Assembly: GCF_009914755.1 (NCBI RefSeq)
Contig: NC_060936.1
DNA length: 64,000 nt
DNA from: the human T2T-CHM13v2.0 reference genome, Homo sapiens
Strand: one strand, 5' to 3'
Shown: positions 1 through 12,146 of the stretch, in pieces
Layout: each line of letters begins with the position of its first letter
Position numbering within the stretch: position 1 is the first letter of the stretch
Position numbers and translations under genes: made by a program
Notes under the pieces: generated by a model
What the model was told of the DNA's origin: nothing
What the model saw: the letters and a program-made list of their open reading frames with translations, nothing else
Databases searched by the model: none

Positions 1-395
1 GGTAAGATCAGAATAAGCTCCTTGCTCTTCTATGCACCTTTTAACAAATTTCTCTCAGTTCATATAAATTTAAACAGAATTTTGTTCCCGTGTTCTTTTT
101 TCAACACACTATTTCTTTACAAAGGTTTGATTCTTCTCCAAAAGATGAGAGAGAAAATGAGAAAGTTATTGAAATTGAGGAAGAGTTATGATCAAGTTAT
201 ACCTTCCTAGCCTGGATATGCTTTATAATTCCCCAGTCAAATATCCTAACTGCTAACCTCAAACACGCTATAATTTTCTAGCCCTCACAGAATCAATGGC
301 ATCAGTATATCCATCCATTTTCATCTCATTAGGCCTGACTCAATAATAACTCACACTGTTTGTCTACTTTTCTTCCCTTTTCAAGCTTTTGTCTC

Positions 396-924
396 TGAAT
401 ACAGTTTTTTGTTGCTGCTGTAATAAATTACATCAAACTTTCTGGCTCAAAACAACACGAATTTATTATCTTACAACTTTAGCAGTTTGAAGCCTAACGT
501 GGGTCTCACTCGGCTAAAACTAAGGAGTTGGGAGAGCTGCTACCCTTCTGAAAGCTCCGGGGAGGTATCCATGTCCTTGCGTCTTCTGGCTGGTAGAGAC
601 CCACATTTCTTGGCTCATTGCCCCCTTCCTCCGTCTTCCAACCCAGCAAGTCCTTCTCACACGGCATCACTCTGACCTTGTTTCCATCATCCCATATCCT
701 TCTCAGAATCTAACTTTTTACCCTCTTCCACTTTTACAGACTCTAGTGATTTCACTGGGCCCACAGGGAAAATCCAAGATAATCTCCCATTTTAAGGTCA
801 GCTGATTAGCAATCTTAATCCTCTCTGCAATTTTAATTTCCCTTTTCATGCACCCTAACATTGTCACAGGTTCTGAGGATTAAGTTGTGGACATTTTGGG
901 GGAACCATTACTTCACCTACCACA
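396..924 (-). mobile_element. MaLR solo LTR, MLT1D-like
   Basis: Recalled MLT1D blocks (ttgctgctgtaataaattt...aaaacaacacgaatttattatcttac; gggtctcactcggctaaaa; aaggtcagctgattagcaa). Flanked by a perfect 5-bp TSD GTCTC at 391-395 and 925-929. Confidence 0.85.
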
Positions 925-1039
925 GTCTCCTAAAGTTCCTCTAGCATTTCCTTCTGAAAATTCATATAAATGCAATCTTGACTCATTAGTGCACAACTTT
1001 ACTTCATTCTTTCAAAACTTTCCCAAGGTAGTAGCTTCT

Positions 1040-1520
1040 TGGCAGCATGCCATTGTGAAAAAGTATTAAGTAGGACTCAAAAAGTTTAAATCCAAGTCCT
1101 GGCTATTACACTAATTTGATCAAGATATTTAACATTTGCTAACCTCCATTTCTTTGCTTACAAAATAAAGGTAGTAAATGTGTGATGTTACACATTCATG
1201 ATGTGACTAGCTCACAGAGTGTTGTGATAACCAAAAGGTTTGATGACTTGGAAGTTCCCTTGAAATGATTCCTTTAAAAATTCAACTTAAAATGGTTAAG
1301 TTGGATAAAGTACAGGTCAAGGAACAGTGATATGGACTGTAGAGATACATTGACCTGTATTGAAAATCTGGCTCATTCATGTGATATTGGGCTAATTTCT
1401 TAAATTCTCCAAATAAGTTTTACCATGTACAAAATAATTCTACCTCTTAGGGGCAATGGGACAATTATAAAATATAAATATATAAAAGTATTTAGAAGAA
1501 CACTGATAGTGCTTTATAAG
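1040..1520 (+). mobile_element. Two degraded MIR SINE fragments
   Basis: MIR core-like tracts (aaatccaagtcctggct...gatcaagatatttaac...cctccatttctttgcttacaaaataaagg; gtgatattgggctaatttcttaaattctcc). Heavily diverged, boundaries approximate. Confidence 0.55.
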
Positions 1521-1523
1521 CTC

Positions 1524-1645
1524 TCATTAGTTTTGATAATTAGTAAATGATGAACTAATTTTATTGTGACATTTTCCTAAATTTTCATTAGTTTTGATAA
1601 TTAGTAAATGATAAACTGATTTTATTGTGGCATTTTCCTAAATTT
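1524..1645. repeat. Tandem duplication, 2 x 61 bp
   Basis: tcattagttttgataattagtaaatgat... occurs at 1524-1584 and 1585-1645 with 3 substitutions. Confidence 0.95.
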
Positions 1646-1859
1646 TAAGGGAAATGAGATATATCTTATCTTTCACCTCTACTTACTATGAAGTTAGCAC
1701 AATTTCTTTATAAAAGATCTTAAAATCTTTTTTATCCCTTTTAAATCAGTAAAAAAAGATTTTTAATGCATTAATGCCAATATTTTTGATATTCTACTTG
1801 TCCCAAATTTGGCCATATGAGCTTCTGCAAGACAGCAACTATTTTAATTTAAACATAAT

Positions 1860-2540
1860 TTTGTTCCTATGTTCTTTTCTCAGCACCAGTAGTATTGATT
1901 TCTGGCTTTCTGGTAAATCAAAATGCTCTAGATCACATGATACTTTTCCTGCCACAAACCAGGAATCACCCATTTTTCAAAAAGTACTGACTTATTTTAA
2001 TGGAGAATATTATTTATAAAACCAAGATCTAGTTTCTAGATGGTCTCATTGTAAATAGTTTATTATTGATTCCAACCCCATTCCATGCACAGAGCTAAAT
2101 AATATATACATATACATACTTTGTTTCCTTACTTAGACTGCTACTATTTAATTGTCAAGTATAATTATAACTTTGATATACCCCATTACTCATATGACAA
2201 TGAGTTTATTCAACTTGTTACTTTATTTCACTCTCCTCCTCCCGTGTTTTAGTTTTATTATATCCACTTTGTAATTATACACTCTTTTTCTACCCTTTGC
2301 TTCCTCATTTTTATTCTTGCATCTGCACTTAAACGTATTCCATGTTAAACATCTTTCTTCGTAACTAAGTTTTCAGAGTTAACACTTGGTTGGATGAAAC
2401 CACCCTGTAGTCAATTCCTTTGGAGGGGCTCATAAGTAGAGTATTCCTAGAGGTATTGCATGTTTGAAAGTGATAATCGAGACTTGAAAGCTGAATAACA
2501 ATTTTGTTGGCTAAAACATCCTTAATTCTTTTAAGTTTAT
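1860..2540 (-). mobile_element. Ancient L1M (L1MC/L1ME-type) remnant, apparently continuing after 4530
   Basis: ttttcctgccacaaaccaggaatcaccatttttc...aatggagaatattatttataaaaccaagatctag resembles antisense L1MC 3' sequence. T-rich antisense L1-like sequence resumes at ~4530-5700. Confidence 0.5.
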
Positions 2541-2541
2541 C

Positions 2542-4521
2542 AAGAGTATTCAAATAGGAAGAGAGGAAGTCAAACTGTCTCTGTTTGCAGATGATGTGAT
2601 TGTATATTTAGAAAACCCCATCGTCTCAGCCCCAAATCTCCTTAAGCTGATAAGCAGTTTCAGCAAAGTCTCAGGATACAAAATCAATGTGCAAAAATCA
2701 CAAGCATTTCTACACACCAATGATAGAAAAACAGAGCCAAATAATGAGTGAACTCCCATTCACAATTGTTACAAACAGAACAAAATACCTAGGAATCCAA
2801 CTTTCAAGGGATGTGAAGGACCTCTTCAAGGAGAACTACAAACCACTGCTCAAGGAAATAAGAGAGGACACGAACAAATGGAAGAACTTTCCATGCTCAT
2901 GGATAGGAAGAATCAATATTGTGAAAATTGCCATACTGCCAAAACTAACTTATGAATTCAATGCTATCCCCATCAAGCTACAATTGACTTTCTTCATAGA
3001 ATTAGTAAAAACTACTTTAAATTTCATATGGAACCAAAAAAGATTCCATATAGCCACGACAATCCTAAGCCAAAAGAACAAAGCTGGAGGCATCACGCTA
3101 CCTGACTTCAAACTGTACTATAACACTACAGTAAGCAAAACAGCATGGTACTGGTACCAAAACAGAGATATAGACCAATGGAACACAACAGAGGCCTCAG
3201 AAATAATGCCACACATCTACAACCATCTGATTTTTGACAAACCTGACAAAAACAAGCAATGGGGAAAGGATTCCCTATGTCATAAATGGTGCTGGGAAAA
3301 CTGGCTAGCCATGTGCAGAAAACTGAAACTGGACCCCTTCCTTACAACTTATACAAAAATTAACTCAAGATGGATTAAAGACTTAAACATAAAACCTAAA
3401 ACCATATAAACCCTAGAAGAAAACCTAGGAAATACCATTCATGACATAGGCATGGGCAAAGATTACATAACTAAAACACCAAAAGCAATGGCAACAAAAG
3501 CCAAAATTGACAAATGGAATCTAATTAAACTAAGGAGCTTCTGCACAGCAAAAGAAACTATCATCAGAATGAACAGGCAACCTACAGAATGGGAGAAAAT
3601 GTTTGCAATCTATCCATCTGACAAAGGGCTAATATCCAGACTCTACAAAGAACTTAAACAAATTTACAAGAAAAAAAAACAAACCCATCAAAAAGTTTGT
3701 GAAGGATATGAACAGACACTTCTCAAAAGAAGACATTTATGTGGCCAACAAACATGAAAAAAAGCTCATCATCATTGGTCTTTAGAGAAATGCAAATCAA
3801 AACCACAATGAGATGCCATCTCATGCCAGTTAGAATGGCAGTCATTAAAAAGTCAGGAAACAGATGCTGGAGAGGATGTGGAGCAATAGGAACGCTTTTA
3901 CACTGTTGGTAGGACTGTAAATTAGTTCAACCATTGTGAAAGACAGTATGGATATTCCTCAAGGATCTAGAACCAGAAATACCATCTGACCCAGCAATTG
4001 CATTACTGGGTATATACCCAAAGGATTATAAATCATTCTACTATAAAGGCACATGCACACATACATTACCGCAACACAGTTCAACAATAGCAAAGACTTG
4101 GAACCAACCTAAATGCCCATAAATCTTAGACTGGATAAAGAAAATGTGGCATATATAAACTGTGGAATATTATGTAGCCATAAAAAAGGATGAGTTCATG
4201 TCCTTTGCAGGGACATGGATGAAGCTGGAAACCATCATTCTCAGCAAACTAACACAAGAACAGAAAACCGAACACCGCATGTTCTCGCTCATAAGTGGGA
4301 GTTGAACAATGAGAACACATGAAGACAGGGAGGGGAACATCACACACTGGGGCCTGTTGGGGGGTAGGGGAGTAGGGGAGGGATAGCATTAGGAGAAATA
4401 CCTAATGTAAATGATGGGTTGATGGGTGCAGCAAACCACCATGGCACGTGTATACCTATGTAACAAACTTGCACGTTCTGCACATGTATCCCAGAACTTA
4501 AAGTATAATAAAAGAAAAAAA
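2542..4521 (+). mobile_element. 5'-truncated LINE-1, L1PA6/7-like (ORF2 from the RT FADD motif to the 3' UTR and A-tail)
   Basis: Begins near ctgtttgcagatgat (LFADD). ORFs 2687-3409 and 3452-3757 are frameshifted ORF2 ([23 protein letters not shown]). The 3' UTR ends gatgggtgcagcaaaccaccatggcacgtg...cccagaacttaaagtataataaaa. Confidence 0.95.
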
Positions 4522-6039
4522 TAATAATCATCATAAAATGTTGTACCACTATTGTCTTGTTTTGTATCCTGCTTAAGAGGTTTTATGCTAACTTGTTTTT
4601 ATTTATTTCCTTTAAAAGTTTTTTGTTTTGTGTGTGTTTGCTGTTTGTTTTCCTGTAGTACTAGAGGATGTGATATATTTAAAGTGTGATATATTTATTA
4701 GAGTATGTCACAAACATGATCATTCTTTATTCGTGATTTCAGGGAAATGATAGGCTCTTTTAACATTAAATGTAAGCCTTCTATTTTCAGAAAATCTTAT
4801 TTGATTATACTATTAAATATTAGTGTTGCTTATTTTCTCAAATTTCTTCTTCAGACATTCTAATTATGAATATATTGGTTCTTTGTCTATGCTTTGTATC
4901 TCTTTCTCTTTGATCTTTTAAATTCTTTTATTCATTTTCATTCTCTTATTTTCATTTATTTCCTCATCGGACCTTCTCAAATTTTCAGTCAAATCATTTT
5001 TTTCCGTGAGCTTTTCATACATCATTTTGAAATGATCTCTCTGTATTTTTATTTCTAACATGATTTTGCCTTTTTCTTCCATCTCTTTCCTGAGTCCAGT
5101 CAACTCTCATTCTATATCTCCTTTTTTTGCCCCTTTCTGTTCTAAGATTTTGTAGTTCTAATGTAAAGTGCTCATTTATATCTTCACTTACTTAAAGCTA
5201 TTTAATTAAAGTTGGAGAGGGTACGGTTGTGTTGCTGATTCCTTCTGACTCGTTGGTTTTGAAGAAGGTATATTCATCAGCTACAAACGTTTTTATTTTT
5301 ATTTTTATTTTTATTTTTTCTTTGTTTTGTGTTTGTTTGCCTGCAGTACCAGAGGACGTGATATAGTTAAAATGTGGTACATTTATGGGAGTATGAAATC
5401 ATGAAATCATGAAGGAAGAATGGTCGTGTTTGTGACATACTCTTATTCATGATAGCAGTTTTGTATGGGTATTATATGCAATTTTCTGTTCTATTCAGTT
5501 AATGTTCATTTGATATTTTCCTGGACAAAAGTAACGAATTTAAGTAGACCAGTATTGGAAGTGTAGATTGTGGATCAGGATTGTTAGTTCAACATCCTCC
5601 TCCTCTGTTAATACAACAAAGTGAAGTTGCTTTAATTAATGGTATCATTATTTTTGGCACGTTTCGAGGGTGAGGAATGATTGATATTTCTTCTGATTTT
5701 GTAAGTCTCTTTACTTCTGTGGGATCTTTAGCTTCAACTGCTTGCTGCCTTCCTTTCCTTTACTGACAAGACTCCAAGGGAAGTATCACTCCAAGTCTCC
5801 CCACTCTAACCCAGAAGAGGTGCCTTTGCAAAACTTTCACCACTGGTCTTTGCACTTCCATACTTTTTTTTTTTTCCTTTTTATCCCCCAGTAGCCATGG
5901 GTATGACCAACAAGGTATCTGACGTGTTCTTAGTGTTTCTCCATTGAGAATGTTAACTCTCTCTTAATATGCTTGATTTTATCCATGTTTATTAAGTCCC
6001 TATCGCTTTTTTAAAATTTTCTGCTCAATCTCTGATTGA

Positions 6040-6436
6040 CTCATTGGTTCATTTTGAGTTGCTATACCAGAATCCTACAGATTAGGTAATTTACAAAGAA
6101 GAGAAATTTATTTCTTAGAGTTCAGGAGGCTAGGAAGTCCAAGATCAAGAGGCCCACATCTTTTGATAGCCTTCTTACTATATCATCTCATGGTTGAAGG
6201 CAGAAGGGAAAGAGAATATGAGAGAGCAAGAGAGCAAGAAGGTGCCAAATTGCTTTTATAACAAATGCGCACTTGAGACAACTAACCCACTCCCAAGATA
6301 ACAGCCTTAATCCATTCATGAGAGCAGAGCCCTCTTCACCTAATTACCTCTTATTAGTTCCTATGGCCCAACAATATTCCTTTGGAGATTAAGTTTCCAA
6401 TACATGAACTTTGAGGGGCACAATCAAACCATAGCA
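6040..6436 (-). mobile_element. MaLR solo LTR, MSTD-like
   Basis: ggaggctaggaagtccaagatcaag...aacccactcccaagataacagccttaatccattcatgagagcagagccctc...tcaaaccatagca. Confidence 0.8.
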
Positions 6437-9327
6437 TTCTATCATACAGTGACATGCGTTCTGAGAATGAATCTGTTGGATTTGCATGTTTATTTTACTA
6501 CTTACACATAATTTGAAATCTGCAGTAGTCTTGGTGTTCTAATTACACTGTAGATATTAATTATGAGTAATCTTATTTGCTCTTCTATGACCTGTGTACA
6601 TGATTTTTAGAGGGATATTGAAAATTTCTGATTTAGATAGCTGCCATTATCTATAGAAAACTGGAAGTCATAATTATCATTTCTTATTCCTTGGAACTAC
6701 TTGGTATGGTAGATAAAACAGTATTAAGGAAAACAACTAATTCAGAAGTCTACAGATCTAGCTCTTCCTCAAGAAAATGTCTTAAACTATAACTTGTCTT
6801 AAGGTTCCCATCTGGTGTATGTTGGCTCAAAGCTCATTCATTACTGATTTCTTGGCCCATTTCTTCAGCCTTTTAACTCCAAGTGCTCTTCTGGCATTTT
6901 CTCCTGAATATATCTTTCCATCACAATCACAATTTTTTGGACTAGTTTCATTTGTTCTCGAAATTGTATCACTCAGTTTACCCATCTTATTGCTTGGGAG
7001 AGTCTGCACATACTCGCAATGCTTCTCACCCTTCTCTACTGCTGGGAAGCTTTAAGAAATGAATTGATATTTGAAAATCAAGGTACTTTGTAAATAGAAG
7101 GGAATAATATTTTATCATAAACCTCACTTTACTTTAGAATAAATTTAGATGGTAATTCCAATGTTAAAGGTGACACAGCAAGTTTATAAGAATGTCTAGT
7201 TCTTTGTTACTCTTCTCTTTACATGCATTGCATCTCCCTAATATCAAGTATTTTAAAACTGCAAATGAAATTGAGTTTCTCAGGCTCAAGACCACCAACT
7301 CCCAAGTACCTTTTCTAAGCTTTGATGTCTAAATATTTTAATATATTTTCCATCTTCCCATTTGGACTCATCATCTCTCCATCCATGTCACTCTCATTTT
7401 ATAGTCTATTTTTGCATCCACCATGTCTATTTTAATGTCTGAGGGTTTTTTTTTTACAACTTTTAGACAAAGATTTTCTGCTTAGTTTTTCCTATATTGC
7501 TGCTTTCTTTTTTTAACTGCCAACCTCAATCAGATATTTTTCATATGCCAGAAAAACTCCCGGAAGCACATTTATAACTGGGAAAATCTCCTTCTCCTCC
7601 TTGTCATTTCTGCTCCTACACACTCCCCACATCCATCATCATGTCCCTCTTTTTAATCCTCCTATACATTTATCTAATCCTTCAGCATTTCAATGCTCAT
7701 TTTTAATAAGGATTTTAGATGAATAAAAAGAAAACAAGTAAATAATTCTGGATAAAAAGCCCATAGAGCAATAAATTTCTATTTTCTAGTCTCTCCTATA
7801 CCCTGAGAATATATTCAAGAGCAAGAAAGCAAAATATGGTTTCAACTTTCAGGAGTTTGGGATTAATCTTAACACCAGATTTATTTGCTATAATTTAGTC
7901 ATTTAGTCTAAGGAAAAAAAATGTGAGTTCTAAGGCCAGTAAATTAGAGAAGACATTGGAGGCACAGGTCTATCCATTACTTCTGACTGTAGGAAACATA
8001 TAAAAACTGGAAAATGATAATTTGGGGTATAGCAGAAGCATATTTAGTTGCTACAATTGCATATTCTATTTAAGTATGTGGTACCCTTAAATAATTCTGG
8101 GTGGGAATGAGAGGAAACAAGAAGAGTTTTCCAGTAGGTATTGGGATAGGGTGACAACTTGTTTCCACTTGACTCAGGCTCAGTGTAATTGTAGCCCTGC
8201 ATAAGAAGAAAATAAATTAATATTCTTCCAGACTCTAAAAGGAACCTAAAGCATTTAATAGAATTCCATTTGTCCCAACATAATGCACATTTGGCAGAAC
8301 TACTGAGCTGTAAAAATAATAGTCATTGTAGACTTTCTGCTTCTATGTTCCCCAACTGCACTAAGAGTTGGAGACACATTTCTCCAGTTCAGTTTCAATT
8401 ATTTTGACTTCTCATTAGCGAAAGGATTGATAACTACCATTTTGCTAACAGCATATAAAGCTTTCTGTGATCTAAATTTAATTTAGGCTAATTTCCAGCA
8501 CAGTGTGAGCTACTGTATAGTTCATAGAATAGACAACCTAATTTTCTCACTGCATGCAGTTAGCTACATAGAGGCTGTGCCGTGAGCCATTTGCCATTTG
8601 CCATTGACTTAGTGTGTGGATCTTAGTTCACTCTCATTTATCAGTTTAATATAAATAATAATCTGCCTGTTTGTAGAGCCAAACGTTCAAATCAAAAGAA
8701 GTAAAGTTTTATAAACAGTTAGTCCAAATATTTTTGAACCATAAATGGGATGAGCATAACTCCAATTTTATGTTTTTTAATTTATAACAAGTTCATTGTT
8801 AAGTATAACCATTTCAATCATCTGAGTATACTTCATTACTTTTTATCTAAAACAGCAAGTTTAATTATAGGTTAGTGTATGTTCCACAAAGCAAAAAGGA
8901 AATATTAGGTTAAAATAAAATTAAATGTGCTTCTCTTTCATAAAACTTCTGATAACTTTTAGTATGTTAACATGCAACATGAATCTCTAAGAGCAATGTA
9001 AAATAGTCAGTGTTTCTCAACTTCATTTGGCAACAATATCTCTCTTTTTTTTTTCTTTAATTACTGATCATCTCCAGGACCACCAAACATGAATTGAGAA
9101 ATGCAGGTCAAATTGAAGCAACTTCATTTTAAAATATATGAGAATGGGCCAGTCCTCTCTCATTCCTGCAACAGACCATAAACCTCCAGGTTCAAGAATA
9201 AATAAACACCCCAAACAACATCTAAATTGAACTTAGACATTTAGTCAAAAGGCATATGATGAAGTATGATCCTCCATATGGTTATATGAAGAATATAACC
9301 CATGATAGGCCTTTACGTTGGTGCACA

Positions 9328-9690
9328 ATGCAAATACAGCATGATCTCACTTATATGTGGAATCTAAAAAAGTTGACCTCAGAGAAGTAGAGAGTCAAAT
9401 GGAGGTTACCAGAGGCTGGGGGAAAAGTGGGAGAACAAGAGATATTGGTCAAACTATACAAAATTTCAGCTAGACAGAAGAAATCAGTTCAAGAGATCTA
9501 TTGACATGGTGACCATATTTAATAACAATGCATTGTATTCTTGAAAATTGGTAAGAAAGTAGATTTTAAGAGTTATCACCACAAAAAAAGTGAAGTAATG
9601 TATATGCGAATTAGCTTGATTTAGTCATTCTGCAACCTATACATATTTAAAAATATGTACATAATAGAGTTTTCATTTTTCAATTAAAAA
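9328..9690 (+). mobile_element. L1MA-type LINE-1 3' end
   Basis: catgatctcacttatatgtggaatctaaaaaagttga...ggttaccagaggctggg...gttcaagagatctatt...gtagattttaag. Confidence 0.85.
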
Positions 9691-9764
9691 AGGGAAAATA
9701 ATGTTAACAAAATCAATGCATAATGAAGACAAGTAATAATCTTATGTAAGATGTGCTTCTTGTA

Positions 9765-10266
9765 TGAATTGTTCTATTGTAAAGACACATGCACGTGTTT
9801 TGTTCATTGCAGCACTAATCACAATAGCAAAGACATGGAATCAACCTGAATGCCCATCAATGATAGACTGGATAAAGAAAATGTGGTACATATACACCAT
9901 GCAATACCATGCAACCATAATAAAGAATGAGATCATGTCTTTTGCAGCGACATGGATGGAGCTGGAGGCCATTATCCTTAGCAAACTAACACAAGAACAG
10001 GAAACCAAATGCGGCATGTTCTCACTTATAAGTGGGAGCTAAATGATGAGAACACATGAACACATGGAGGGGAACAACAGACACTGGGGCCTACCAGAGA
10101 GTGGAGGGTGGGAGGAGGGAAAGGATCAGAAAAAACAACTAATGGGTACTAGGCTTAATACCTGGGTGATGAAATAATCTGTACAACAAACCCTATGACA
10201 CACATTTACCTATGTAACAAACCTGCACATCCTACACATGTACCCCTGTACTTAAAATGAAAGTTG
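9765..10266 (+). mobile_element. L1PA11-13-like LINE-1 3' end
   Basis: ORF 9764-10042 is the ORF2 C-terminus ([28 protein letters not shown]). The 3' UTR contains gggtactaggcttaatacctgggtgatgaaataatctgtacaacaaac. Confidence 0.9.
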
Positions 10267-10959
10267 TTTTTTTTTAAAGAGACAACCAATGCAAAAGGAA
10301 AAGAGATTGATGCAATATTTGGAAAGGGTAACACATTAGTTAGCTAATGTTTCAGCTGGGATTTTTTTTTATGAACACATTATAAAACAACATGGTCTGA
10401 CAAGAGGCAACAAAATTATGAGAGATATGGAACATGGGTATGTTACACTGGGAATGGGGTGGTAGCCAGTGAATTGAACAATGAGGGAAAATGCAAAGCA
10501 TCAACTATTGTCTCAAAATAATGAATCCTGTAGCAACAGGCCTTATGAAGGCAGGAGCACCCATGAAACCTTCGCTGCAGAGATAGAGCAAGGAGAAGCA
10601 ATCAACAGAAAAAAATCTAAAACTATCTGCCAACTTCACAGTTTTGCTTGTGAGTAGTCTTAAGAAACAGAAATGTAGAATGAATTTTTTTTAATTCATT
10701 CCAAAAGCTAGGAGCAGCCACTTTTGCTCACACTCCTTATTTCATTTTTCTGGATATACACAATTATTTCCCGTAAGCACAGAAATTCAGAAAGCAAAGG
10801 AAGATATTTAACAAACACTTATTGTGCTAGAGTGAGACTTTCAGTAGCAAGAGGTTCAGATTCACAGAAATACACCTAGGAGTTTAGAAACAAGCAAAAC
10901 TGTAATGATAATATAATATTAATCACCATATGAAGGCTAACACATAATATATACTACAC

Positions 10960-11165
10960 AGCATGAACAGTTGTTCTAAAACACATATTAATTGATTTAA
11001 CTCGTAAGACAGCTCTCTGAGGTAAGTACTTCCATTATTCCTGTTAAATACAAGAAATTAAAGTCCAGAGAGGTCAAGTATAGTGTCTCAATTTGGAGAT
11101 AGGATGTGCAGAAATAGAATGTAAACTCATCTGTTAGATTCCAGATTTTTTGCTGTTAACTACAA
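10960..11165 (-). mobile_element. MIR fragment
   Basis: ctctgaggtaagtacttccattattcctgttaaatacaagaaattaaagtccagagaggtcaagt resembles the MIR core. Confidence 0.55.
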
Positions 11166-12008
11166 CAACTCCAAAACCTTTTCTGAAATTTTTTAATTGT
11201 AAGGAGTTGATAAACCTAATAAAACTAGCTCATTTTAAAACTCCTAAATGAATCAATTAGTCATGCATCTTCTGCATTCAGACAATCCATTACTTCCTGG
11301 TTTTTGAAAACCTTTTCCAAAATCAAAAGGCAATGCCCATATGCCATATGAGGATATTTACGGCTCCCTATTACAGAGTAAAGGAGCATTTCTCTTCTGT
11401 CAAGATGAAGCTGAAATGGAAAGACAGGAAGGGAGAAGTTTGACTTGGTTTTTGTTTATCTCAGGAGTTCTCTGACAATCTGCCGAGCTGTTGTTTTATG
11501 CAGTGAGACTTTGCAGACCGTGACAAGACAGCTTGCAGACAACTCATTTTTTATTTAGGAAATGTGTGCTTAATGGCTTCAGTGTCTGAAGTTTCCTTTG
11601 AATCAGATTTTGTGGTGCACTTGCTTTGGTTTCATTTCATTTGGAATTTGGCAGAAAAGGAGTTGTGAATGAAGACTCTTCTCATTTATGTACTTTTCTC
11701 TGAACACAGGAGAGACAGAACATGAATTATGACTCCAAGTGAAACCAATACATAGGTGACTGAAATCTTGATGTGTCTTAATACATTTTACTGTAGAATT
11801 ACATATTGTGATTGTATTTTACTTGCGTTTTCTCCATTTATAAAGCTACTACAAAGAATTTATATTGCTGCAGTTTAATATTTTATAAGCATTGATATAA
11901 CTTTATGGTATGCCAATGGTATTTTTTAAATAAAATCATGAAGATACATAGTTTACAAAGCCAGTGTGTTTTTAGATTCTAAAGTCAGTTTTTTCTTTTA
12001 CTTTTCTC

Positions 12009-12146
12009 TGATATATTTCCTATATTCATTAAGTGAATAATAATCATAGAATTTTGATATATTTCCTATATTCATTAAGTGAATAATAATCATAGAATTT
12101 TGATATATTTCCTATATTCATTAAGTGAATAATAATCATAGAATTT
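12009..12146. repeat. Minisatellite, 3 identical copies of a 46-bp unit
   Basis: tgatatatttcctatattcattaagtgaataataatcatagaattt starts at 12009, 12055 and 12101 with no mismatches. Confidence 0.97.

Noticed and set aside
2687-3409. 240-aa ORF as a functional or domesticated protein
   Set aside because: Frameshifted piece of a 5'-truncated L1 ORF2 that lacks the endonuclease and a complete RT.
4359-4383. G-quadruplex-like G-run tract
   Set aside because: Standard G-rich segment of the L1PA 3' UTR, not specific to this locus.
8586-8606. (gccattt)3 YY1-like motif repeat
   Set aside because: Too short to distinguish from ordinary slippage.
12009-12146. CRISPR-like array
   Set aside because: Head-to-tail identical units with no unique spacers, no cas genes, and a primate genomic context.
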